This document shows, piece after piece, positions 50,403 to 61,932 of a DNA stretch of 64,000 nt (its first letter is position 1; the number at the start of each line of letters is the position of its first letter). Below the pieces are notes generated by a model, which did no database searches, was not told the DNA's origin, and saw only the letters and a list, made by a program, of their open reading frames with translations. Source of the DNA: Puccinia triticina (lineage: Eukaryota); assembly GCA_026914245.1 (NCBI GenBank), contig CP110440.1:3596001-3660000 (forward strand), in the 5' to 3' direction. Position numbers and translations under genes: made by a program.

Positions 50403-52477
50403 ATAATTGTGAGGGCCGCCCTATTACTCCTACTTCTTTAGTAGCTATGAACAAACTCAAGAGAGAGTGTCGCTTGTTTTTGGATGTAATAGATGGTAGT
50501 TTATCTTTGAGTGAAGATTAAACTCTTGAAGGGTAATTTAGACTTTGTTGATTTTATTTTGGAACTCAAGAGTGATGAAGACTAAGAACAAAGATATTGC
50601 AATGAGGAAGAGGAAAGGAAAGAAACAACATCCCCGACAAGGCTAAATACAACAATGAAAGCTCGGATAACAAAACTAAACTCTATAATTAAAAGCCAGA
50701 GTAGAAATTGTAAAATCTACTAGTAGTTCATAAGAAATCTTACATAATTAATAATAAATCTTTTATAATATAAGTAACATGTAGAAAACGTTACACCAGT
50801 GGTAGTGTAGCCCCTTCCCTGGGGGCCCAGCCCTGGCTCGCACCCACAGGTTTGCCTTTGATGGTCGTTTTCAAGCAGCGGAGCCCTTTCCGGAGGGGCT
50901 CCAGGATTTTTTGAGTTTTAAATAGAAGTGCGATTCACTCCCGCTGGTCACTTGCCCATTATCTTCCTGTCCAGAACCTGATCTCCACCGCTGAGGGCCA
51001 GACCTCGGCTCCTCCCAGACTGCTGTTGACATTACTCTCCAGCAGCAACAACTGACTTTGCTGCAATGATATTATAAATGAACATGCCTCCCTGCTCACC
51101 TCACAACCACCCTCCCCCATGCTATGAATGCCCATCCAGCCTCTCCTATAAATTCCGAACAGCAAGCCACCACATCCAGCCCCGCCAACGGCTTCCCGCA
51201 CTGTCTACGCCCGAGGTCTCCCCTTGCTCCAGTTTCTCCTCCATCTCATCCAGTCGCAAATGCACCCGGAACTCTCACCTCCGCCACCAGCAGCCTGCCT
51301 CCTGTGCAATCTCCTATGTACCCCCCGCTCCGATGATGTCCCCCGGACCCCCATCCGTGTATTCTTCCCCCTTTGCTGTAACTTGACCCAAGAAAAATTG
51401 TATCGCTTAGTCCGTCTAGCCAAAAACTCGCCCCCCCCCCAAAAAAAAAAAAAAAATGAAAAAGAATATCTGGTGGGTTTATCACAGGTCAGTGTCCAGA
51501 CCCCATTTGAGTCATGTGGCCGGATAAAATGACCCACGTGATCTGACCGGATAATCTTTCAGTCCACAATCCGGTGGGATGAGCTCGGGTCATACATTCA
51601 GAAATGTGTTCTGGGGACCTACTTCCCCCGTCGTGCCACCTATCCAGGACTCTCACGGGTCGCGTCCCCGCTGCGTGGGACCTGACTACCTTGACCGCGA
51701 CGCACCCCGACGTCCCCTTGTTGCGGGGTCGCCGCGACCATCCGGGTGCGTCCCCAATTGGTTGCCGTGGGCCCGCTGTGATGTCAACAGCAGTCTGGGA
51801 GGAGCCGAGGTCTGACCCTCAGCGGTGGGGAGATCAGGTTCTGGACGGGAAGATAATGGGCAAGTGACCAGCGGGAGTGAATCGCACTTGTATTTAAAAC
51901 TCAAAAAATCCTGGAGCCCCTCCGGAAAGGGCTCCGCTGCTTGAAAACGACCATCAAAGGCAAACCTGTGGGTGCGAGCCGGGGCTGGGCCCCCAGGGAA
52001 GGGGCTACACTACCACTGGGTGTCGGCGGTGACAGTACAGCCTGGGTCAACCGTCTAATGACGGAGCCCTACTGTTCTTGTGACGCCCCTGGTGACGCGG
52101 GCAGGACGCCCAAGTCCTTTCCGGGTCACAGGTGCATGGGGAAGCAGGGCTAGTGACTGGGCTCGTCCCAGTCGGTGGAATAGGTGCGACATGGGGGCTT
52201 GTAGTCATAGGGGCGTCCTATTGCGTCGTACAACGCCACGGCTACTGTCGCGTCCTCCTTACGGTTCCAATTCACGCGGGGTAGTCCCGCTGTGTACATA
52301 CAACCACATAGGCCAAGGTCTGCCGGGCCCGGTCGCCGTATGCCGATACATGCCAATCCCGCCGGCTTGTACGCAACACATCCCTTTCCGGTGAAGTTCT
52401 TCGGCACCTCAATCCTCGGTCCAGCTGCCTGCTCACCTTTTTCTCGACCTCAATACGCCCGTCCACAACTAACCACC

Positions 52478-55400
52478 ATGCCTCGATCCAATCACCCTAA
52501 CATGCGCGCACACACTGTCAATACAAGACCGCCGCCCCGTCGCAACCGAACACAAAGGGCCTGGAACAACAGCACCCGACAGGAACTTGAAGAAAAGTCC
52601 ATACTAGAACGCGATCTTAGAATTGGACAACGGCTCGGACAAATTGATGCTCACCACGAACCTGGAGTCTGGCAAGATATCAACGACAAGCAGCCCCACC
52701 ATGCCAATTTTGAACCTCCCATCGGCAGTTACATCAATCACGATTGGGAACAAGATCTAGGTGATCTTCCAAGTGCCGCCCACGCCAGCTATCACCGAGC
52801 CCGTTGATATGCTGAAGCACGCGCCAGACTCCAAAACCGCTGGTTGCAACTCGAAAAAGACGCCACTGCTGCCTTCTTGCTCTGCCAAAGAAAAACTGCA
52901 AACTGGACGTACAGAAACAGACCGAGAACGTATGGGACTAGGGAATTCCCTTCTGAATTATGTACTTGCGAGCCAGATCAAGTTCAATCAAGAAATGTTG
53001 ACTGCTTTGACATCATTAGTGAGTACTCTTATGCATACAAACAAAAACCATGGAAACATTGATCATGTTGGTGCTTCAATTCCTCAGCGCGGTACACATC
53101 AGTCAATTTGCCATTCTGCAAGTGTACTCCTGATGTCATCCAATTAATCCACTATGGGTATCTTGCTAGTTCACCTGATTGGCCCCGAACAGCTTTCTCT
53201 ATCCGACTGCTTCAATTCCACTACCACCTCTGGAGATCGGCGGTGGTTTCCAATTCTGCATTTGTCAAGGCCTTGTGTGCTTTCTTAGATTCGCGAACTC
53301 AGCGCCCATCATACTCTCGTGGAGGAAAATATGGCAAACGAGTTCTTCGCGTCCCTTTTTCTTACAGTGTAGATCTCTATGCTCGCATACAAGTGAACCG
53401 TTGTAAATTTTTCCAAGAAGGATTGCAGCTAACCAGGACTGAACAATGGGCAAGCAAATGTCCTCGCTGCTTTGGACCTAAGGAAAATGAAGTAAAGGGT
53501 CATTCGGACGAACCCGATATAATTGGGGCATTGGACGGCAACTTCCAACAGCGACACTATGCCTACGCGAGCAAAGACGATCCACTTGAGACACAGTACC
53601 CTGAAAGCTTCATTCCACCATCAAAGATCAGCCCAGATGCTACTGCATTTGCTGCAACCAAGGCATCGGCTGTAGGCATTGACGTAAGAACTGCCTTTCT
53701 ATGCTATCTTTGTGAGTTTTGCTGGTTTATCATGCTCTTTTTGTGCAACATAGCCTCCCTGTTCAGATTCACCCAAAGCCGCAAATGACACGCGTGGTGA
53801 AACGACATGGGAGAAATGTGATGATAACGGTCTTTTTGCGAGTACATGTCGTCACGATATCCCCTTAATGTTTGTCAACATACACAAAACAGGTGAAAAG
53901 TGAGCACAAAATGTGAATCACTCGCTCAAATACAAACCATTAATACTACCTCTAACCTTGCAGATTATACTACCCGGTTTCAATCCTGCGCAACCTCTTA
54001 GAAGATTTCCCTGAAGACAAGGTTGGTATCTTATATGACCTTGGCTGCCACCTCGAGAGTCATGTAAGAAAGGTTAGTAACAACAGCCCTTTATACTTCA
54101 TACCAACTGTGTGCTGACTGCTATGCATGCAGCGCAACCTCCTGAGTGATCGACAATCAGATTTGACATTTGCAACTTCGGTTTTTCATGCATATGTGCA
54201 TGATTGGTCGTGTCAGGTCAATTACAACCCTCGTCTCAATTCGTGGTGGGGTCTTTCTGATGGGGAGGGCCTGGAGCGGCTCTGGGCATTCCTATCCCCA
54301 TTAATTTCTATCCTTCGTGTTTCTACTAGACTGCACAGGTTTACTGCTATTAATTCCCGGGCTGCTTATTACATTGATCAACTGAATGAGATGGGTGGTC
54401 AGTCTTTCTGTTAAATGAATGCAATGAGATTAAACAGCTCAATTTCTGGTGTGAATTCTTGCATTTATTGCACATGCGCTGCACAGCGCATTGGCTTTTG
54501 CAAAAGCTTGAACATGCTGAAACAGTACATGCCTCATCATTGGAAGCACTCGAAAAGTTGTACACACAGTCCAATCCTTACATGCCTGGGAATAACTACA
54601 CCAAAGAATTTCTTGAAAATCAATGGCAGCAAGAGAAGTCATATCATCTGAACTCTGATCAGTCCTCAGACAGGCAGAAGATTGAGCTAGGAAGACTCTT
54701 GTGCATGGAAGCTGAGCTCGAGCAGGCATGGTAATGACCCCTTTATTTTGAAATAAAAAAGAATTATGTGCTAACAGTAACACCTTTGACATTTTATTAA
54801 ATTGATCTAGGGAAAGAGCATCGATGACACCAGCCCAAGCACTTGTTTGGCTGAACACTTGCCAAACCATTTCTGAGAAGCTGGACGCACAAAGGCAAAT
54901 TGTTGGTACCCCTGGGATGGCAGACAACTTAACAGGTTTGCTATAGATCACTTCCATCACTAATTTCTATGACTCAAACACAACATCTATTGCTATAATT
55001 CCCGCTGATAAACATAATGCTACTTTTTTAAGAAACTCAACGGGACCATCTGGCCAAGGTGTGGTATGCCAAAACAGAGCTGCGACGAGGATTCCTAGCG
55101 CTAGTTGAGGAGAAGCAACCATTGATATGTGTGACTCGAGCTGGTGAAAGCACCACATTGGGTATGTACCTTTGCTTTATCTCTTATTTTAACTAAAAGT
55201 ATTTCATATTAATCTGAGGTGAGCTGCTTGCAGGGACCAGAGGACAACAGAAAATTATAACAGCCCTCCAAAAGCGAGCTGGAAAACTACGCACAGTTTT
55301 AGATTTGTACAACTCCCATGCAGAAGCGTTCATCGCCAGTAACTCTGATCGCCCTGCCCCACCCACAATCACATATGCACAACTTCTTGCGTTACAACCC

Positions 55401-56120
55401 AATGACATGTTCTGGAACGATGGCCTTTTCACAAATGCAAACAAACCTTGGGCAGTTGATCCACTCACCCAGCAAGGCATACGTCGCTTGGCCTACTACA
55501 ATCGAGCTTTAGAGGAAAAACGACGCATTGGTTGGGAAGCACGGCGTGCAATTAGGTGGGCTACTGCGCATCATTCTCGGATTTTATCCTTGCTCACAAA
55601 ATTGTTTGATGGAGTACCCTTTCCGGACGAGTCAACTCCCAATCAGATGGATCCCCTTTTCCCCGAAAGTCTTTTACCTCTTTTGAATCACCCATTGATT
55701 CAGTCGATCCCATTCAAATCAAAGCTCGAGGCAGTAGCGCTAGTACTCCACACAAGGTTAATCAAGCTGACCACATTACAGTTAGACTGGAACGAGAAGA
55801 TGAAAACCGTATTTGAGAGAACAGCTCCGCAACTTATGGACAAAGAGCTTCTGTCAAAATGGACACTACAAGTTGAACGGATCCAGAACTCAATTGATTG
55901 TGGGCTATTAATGCGGGTTCCTGGTGAGATGGCTGTTGAGCTGTTGGGTGTATTGAATGGTGGCCAGCCTGACACACCCAACACATTACCACCGCCTCTG
56001 GAAGACAACCAAGACGAAGAGGACGATCTTGAAGAGACTTATCTTGCTGACATTGAACAGATTATGTCTGCAACAATGCTTGCTGACCTTGAACAAGATA
56101 CCGGTGTGTCAAATCATTAA
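52478..56120 (+). pseudogene. CxC1-KDZ transposase, multi-exon, premature stop at 52805
   Basis: CTC..FCKC..QLIHYGY..PRTAFS (CxC1); CPRCFG; LDGNFQQRH; CRHDIPL..TGEK; LYDLGC; FHAYVHDWSCQ..NPR..GLSDGEGLERLW (D-D-E core). Confidence 0.9.
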
Positions 56121-56817
56121 TAGAGAACTAGAGACCAAGGCGGCTGCGCCGCTGCAGAGAATCCGGGGTTCAATTCACAGCATTTAAAAAAATCTTCCCT
56201 CAAAAAGACACCAGCAGGCCGGCCTGCACATGACTAATAATTGTGTGACTTGTTGATGGGTTATCAAGTAACAAACTTGCATTTTTTTATTCTTTCGCTA
56301 ACATTGACACCTTAAAAATGAATAACACAGTTTTGGATTGAGTCAATTTGTAAATTGCATCAATCTCAATTTCAGTAATCCCAAGTACACAGCAGAGCTC
56401 TTCATTACAAACAAGCATGCACTGCACTGCTCAGCTGGGCTGGCTGCAAACTAAAAACCAGGAAACTTTGATTTTGTAGAAATGAGTTGGGTGTCAAGTG
56501 ACCATGCCAAAAATAGTATACAGCCACTGACAAGGAAAGGGGGAATAGTCATGGCCTGGAGCTGATAAGTAATCTGTTGTGTATCATGTTTAGATACATA
56601 TATGCTTATATCTAGTACATTGTATGCTTCAACCAAACACGGCCAATCTTGTATTTAGTCTACACTAGATTGGCGCCTGGAGTTTCATCCTGAGTGAATC
56701 AGAACCATCTTCTCACTCCCTCAAGTGTCACAGTCTTGTCATCCTGTGAACTTCAGGTTTTTCGCCCCTTGTCTCTCTCAACATATCAAGCTGAAAAGGA
56801 GCTGTCATCCTCATGTA

Positions 56818-57012
56818 TCATCAGTCAACAATGTAGCATCAGTCAACAATTTAGCATCAGTCAACAATGTAGCATCAGTCAACAATTTAGCATCAGTCAA
56901 CAATGTAGCATCAGTCAACAATGTAGCATCAGTCAACAATGTAGCATCAGTCAACAATGTAGCATCAGTCAACAATCTAGCATCAGTCAACAATCTAGCA
57001 CCAGTCAACAAC
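56818..57012. repeat. 18-bp tandem minisatellite
   Basis: Unit AGCATCAGTCAACAAT(G/T/C)T, about 11 copies. Confidence 0.93.
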
Positions 57013-57485
57013 TTACATAAATTCAAACTGATGAGACCTAATTGCAGACAATACTCTTCACCTCCAGGATTGTCTTCCTCAGAGCCATACATATTCATGG
57101 AGAGTAATGATCTCTGAGATCATTTGTAACCCCTCCCCCTACACTCTTGAAATATACTATCTGCACTTCTTTTGGGTTGAAAAATTGGGTAAATGTAAGA
57201 TATCTATATAAATACAAAAGCGGATGGACTATGTGAGACAACTTCTTGCGGGCATTTGCTAACAGTAATCTCATCCAGTGAGTCTCAAGTCTCTTGTTTG
57301 AGATGTCCTACCAGGTTGTCTGACATAGGGAAATTCTTCTCATGAGCTTCCTAGCAATCAACTATGTGTTGGGCAGAGCCGCTGGATTTCCTGAGCTGAA
57401 AATGGGAACGCCATTTGGAAGTCTTCTCAAAGCAGATGTCGGCTCGAGAGCATCGCCCGTTGCCAGCCGTTCCAAGGATTGAAGT

Positions 57486-58270
57486 TCAGGAGGAGTAACA
57501 TCTTGGGGATGGGTAGGAGGGCTCTGGAGAGCTGGGTTCTGAGACGCAAGTGGTTTGAGTTGAAGCTGCCATTGGAGGTGGCAATTCAGAACAGTTCACA
57601 GTGAAATGCTTGTTTAACAAGCCGTCAGTAAGTGTATTCCAGTTTTCCAATGCCCAGTTCAAAGCCTGAGTCAGCCGTTCATCCAAGGCTGGGCTCCTTT
57701 GGGTTCTGCTTGCAAAAAGTGCCAGAACAAAAATCTTTGCTATCCCGGTAGAGCTAAATTTGCATTGCGGGAAAAGGGGGATTTGTGATAGGAAGGCTAC
57801 AACGTAGATGAGGAGGCTACACGACCGGGGAGGCATCACTCGCATGATAAATTGTGCCGCCGCTATCGTGCAATTGAAGTGTCCCGGGTTTGTTGACTTG
57901 CCTTGCCTCACACAAAATGACCAAAGAATGTGAAAGAGCTCTCTAGACATGAGGGGTTCAGGCAAAGTCCTCAACTAACGCTTGAACAAGCTGCAAAGAA
58001 CATGAATATCCTCCGAGGCAAGATCTACAGCAAGGGCCTCAGTTTTATCTGCCTTCCAGGCAATCCGCATAAAAACAGGTGTTTCCATCCTCACATACAT
58101 CAATTGAATGAATATGAGAAGAGTCCGCTTTTCTTTTGTTGCACAGCTCGGGCATGTGATAAATAGAGACCTACCACAAGCATAGATCTCCTCAACCAGC
58201 AAGAATATCATGGCACGAGATGCTTGTGACCTCCAATGACCGTCACGCAGCTGAACATATCACCATCCTC
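57486..58270 (-). pseudogene. RhoGAP-domain gene, degenerate
   Basis: LVEEIYACG..METPVFMRIA (Arg-finger position)..EDIHVLCSLFKR*LRTLPEPL..LLIYVVAFLSQI..IAKIF; in-frame stop at 57975 and an upstream frameshift. Confidence 0.72.
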
Positions 58271-60575
58271 CAAGGAATACCCAAATACGCCGCCCTTGAC
58301 AGGGCGCGTCGGAATAACGGCCCATAAGGCAAACGTAACTCTCCTATGTTAAGTAGGGTATTTGGCTTGTGGATTCGATTTAATTTGGGATAGAGGCTCC
58401 GGAGTGGACGTCCCAATATCCCGTTACCAATCAACCTCTGGTTTGGATGAGTACTATCTTGAGGTACTTGCTTAGTTGATTCACTTTCGAGAAAAGTATA
58501 CATGCATTGCTGAAGTAGCTTATCAACATGCGTGAGCAACCAAAGTTCATCATATCCAATCAGCTGCTCAAGGTACTGGATCAATTCCTCAGGAGGCTCC
58601 TGGCGTATAGGGATTTGGGATTGTTAAGCCCGCTGGTGCCTAGTCGGAAAGTTGCTCGGGTTTATAAGAGACTCTGGTCGCACTCAAACCTCTTGAGATG
58701 CAATGGGAGTGGTTGTAGCGGCAGGGTTTGGTGAGTGAGGACGGTCGAGATGTGCTGCCAGCGCCGCCAAGATTGTCCCCGAAGTAGTCTTCTGGACCGG
58801 CGGGTTTGGATGTGCGTGGGGAGGGTGAGACTGGGAGAAAGTCGGCGCGGGGGGCTTGGCGGACGGGCTGGAGCGGGAAGAGCTCAGCTGGGTGTTGGCG
58901 TCAAGGGTCTCAGTGATGAATGCCCGGGTCGGGTTGTGAGCCCCCCTCCTAGGGTGTCACACAAATGTCACAAAGTACAGAGCGGGACCCATATAGTCCC
59001 GGCTCCCCCACCTCCTACCTAGCCTGGCAGAGATCATTCTCTCCACGCTAGGTAAGTCTCTTTCCTTTTCTCCTTCTCTCTCTTCTCTCTCTCTTCATCC
59101 ACAGGTTGTAGATACTAAGGAGAGATCATTCTCTCCACGCTAGATCCTCCTTCCCCATCTGAAATACATGCAACTTGGGCCCTGAACCTCACGAGACGAG
59201 CTCTCTGCGCCCCTTTCGAGATCTTAGTGAAGAGTCCTCGTCGGACTCTTACACGGGTCTTCTAATGGCTTGAGAGGTTGTGGTTTATGATAATCTTTGG
59301 GGTGGCTGACGAGTTCAACGGGGTGGGTGAGGCCCAGCCCCAAGAGGACGGCGGCGGCCTCGACGGTGTCTTGTTTGGCATCGACCGGGAGAACTTTGTG
59401 GTTCGCTTCTTGGAAGTCGGGTGGCGGTTAGAGCTTTTCCAGAGCTGAGCGGTCGCTAGCAATTGAGAACCTCCACTGTTGTGGGCACACAAGGCATCGA
59501 CAGACTTGAGGTTGCGTTGGAAATACTCCTTGGTAGAGTATCTCCTCCGTAGCCCGCCCGCGGGCCAAGGACGGTGGAGTGTCTTCATTGATCGGAATTG
59601 GGCTCCAATGTGAGTGTGAATTCAGGAGAGCAGATGTCATTGGTAGGAGAGGCTTGCAAGGCTAATTCTGATCTATATGCATGGCTGAAGGGAAAACATA
59701 CTATATTCATAGACTGGGGGGTAGAATTGTCGGATTTATTAGCGAGTGGGGTGTCTTGAAGCTTCAAGGAAAGAAAATAGGACAAGGGAAACACTTGCAC
59801 AACCATGTTGCAATACGTCAGCCAGTGCAAAGATGGCTACGGAGTCCCACAACCGTTTGACGCTCTTGGATTTGTGGGCGTGAGGATCAGCCGTCAAGCC
59901 TGGCGAGATGAGTGAAGAGCTTGGTGTTTGGCTGTGGAGGCCTCTTCAGCAACTGCCATGGTATCGAGGCTCCTGGCGCGGCCAAAGCAGCCACCTTGGT
60001 GTTTTCTTTGCGCACAATTTCTGCATGTATCAAGAGGTTACTTGTATTTCTCTTGGTGTTCTTCGGAGCCGCGAGTGCTACTGTCTGGTGATGGTTCAAC
60101 AAAAATCAAGTGGTTTCAGGTGGCAAGAGGAATTATGATGTATCTGGGGAGACAGTCGTGAGGGCAAAGCAATTATGGAAGGTTGCAAGGGCCGCGGGGT
60201 AGGTTGGGTCCAGGTGAGGCCAAATAGTGGAGTATACAGGCATCTTGAACTTATCAACGGCTGAGTAATAGCGCGGAATAGGACAAAGCTCGATTTTATT
60301 ACTGGTACTGCACAGGACAATGATAGATGGAGATAACAGACACAAATCAATGCGGTATCAACCTATATTGGGCAGGTAACAAATAAGAGCGATAGTGCGT
60401 GGCAACAAACAATGGCGATGGTAATGGGTGATTTATCTAGGTTACAGATAAGTGTTTCAAGGAGGGAGACGGTTCAGGTGCGACTACTACTGGCTCGGAA
60501 AAAGTCAGACAAAAACAGTATATGTTTTGTTACGATGGTACCACAGACAGGGCGAAATCAGGAGCTAAAAAGAAC

Positions 60576-61786
60576 CTATGCGTCGGGCAATCCAGAAAGC
60601 AATACTTCAGGCTTGGGTTTCTTGTTATATTTCCTTTTCTTAGGCATCAGCTCAGAGGTACCCAATACCGGAGATTTGATCTGAAGATCGCCGGCAGGAC
60701 TTGCTTCCACGGTTGCATTGTCAGACGCATTGTTTGGATCATGGGCAGAGCTTGGCCCAGGGACAGGCATAGGAATCGTAGGGTTTTCGTCTGAAAAGTC
60801 AATCCTGTGAACCAGAACCTACCATCAGTAGGCGTTGATTCATGAGCAAAGATCCGTGGACTAACTGGACGGCTTTTTGGCGCGCAGGTGATTTGCCCGG
60901 AACCTTATGTTCTGCTGCAGCGAGAGGGTCATATCCGGAAGACAACGAAACCAATAAGACCTACTCAAGGATGCGCAATCAGCCGATAACGTAGAAGGAT
61001 GAGCGGTGTATAGCTTACGTTGACTTCTAGCATCTTGTTAGATATAGAATAATTTGCAAAATACCCAGACAGGACCATCTCTCGGCCTATCTGAAAAAGA
61101 CCAAACGTTTTCGCCAAGTTCCGGTTGCCAGGAACTTTGTACCGTACATGAAACGAGACCTGGCCATTGGACTGAACAAGGGTGAGGACAGGGGAAAGGA
61201 GGAGGAGAACATTGAGACCAATAACATACTTGATTGTCGTAGTCCGTATGTTTCATGACGACCACCAGATTCTTGAACTGGGATGATGGAGAAGAATTGT
61301 TGTCGAGTTCCATTTTAGATACAATGATACCAAATCCATAGCAACCAGCCTTGTTAGCTAATGATATTGTATAGTTTTCTGCATCTCCCATGGGAAGTGT
61401 CATTTCAGCGTCGTAATAGAAGACTGGTGGGGTTTTGGTGTTGGGAGCGATTACTCGGCCAGATAAAAGATATATTTTATCTAACAATAGGGAGGTAGCA
61501 GAGGACCCATAGCCCTGGAGGCGTGTCTTCATGTTGATCTCTTCGCCCGACTCCAAGTCGAGGAAGGTAAGTGTGGAGTCAAAAAGGAGCTGGCCATAGC
61601 TGGACCCCGGTGTGATGATTGGATCAAGCTGTTGGAACGTTGAATTATAATCAGAACATGTGCAAACTTTGTGTCAAATGCGATACAGAGCGTGTTAATG
61701 GAACTGACAACGTTGATAATGTCGAAAGGGGATTGGCTGAACAGGGGATGGCTTTGTTTTTTAAGGGTAGAGACAACGGGAGCCAT
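60576..61786 (-). CDS. Multi-exon hypothetical protein, beta-rich (possible tandem OB folds), basic C-terminal tail
   Basis: Splices to MAPVVST..YLLSGRVI..KHTDYDNQ-SNGQVSFHVRYKVPG..FQIGREMVLSGY..LEVN-VLLVS; tail PKKRKYNKKPK. The join to the last segment is uncertain. Confidence 0.6.
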
Positions 61787-61932
61787 TGAAAATTGAGAAT
61801 GTCAGCTATGCGGGAGATGATGTGCAAACAGATGAAGGTATGGTGAGAGTGATTGGTGTGAAAAAGACGACACGGAGCAGTATAAATACGCGGGTTGCTG
61901 GTGGGTGGTAATGGCAAAAAAAGTGGCGAGCT

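Larger units (their letters stand above)
44161..50795 (-). mobile_element. Full-length Ty3/Gypsy chromovirus
   Basis: 388-bp LTRs at 44161-44548 and 50408-50795 (TG...CA); 5-bp TSD CCAGT (44156-44160, 50796-50800). Confidence 0.97.
43881..52294. mobile_element. Foldback element with ~510-bp TIRs, left arm split by a Gypsy insertion
   Basis: Left arm 43881-44160 + 50801-51032 is the reverse complement of 51781-52294; ends CACAGCGGG / CCCGCTGTG; TACATA on both flanks. Confidence 0.9.
43611..56120 (+). mobile_element. KDZ (Kyakuja-Dileera-Zisupton) transposon; 5' end inferred, 3' end not found
   Basis: Terminus-like CGAGCTTAACCAAGCCTCTC..GAGAGGCTT at 43611 lies ~450 bp upstream of the transposase ATG once nested insertions are removed. 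Confidence 0.6.

Noticed and set aside
56694..57117. Hexapeptide-repeat ORFs in several frames
   Set aside because: The 18-bp unit lacks stops in those frames; no other coding evidence.
59000..60350. Possible additional cargo gene
   Set aside because: Short ORFs could not be joined into a credible model.
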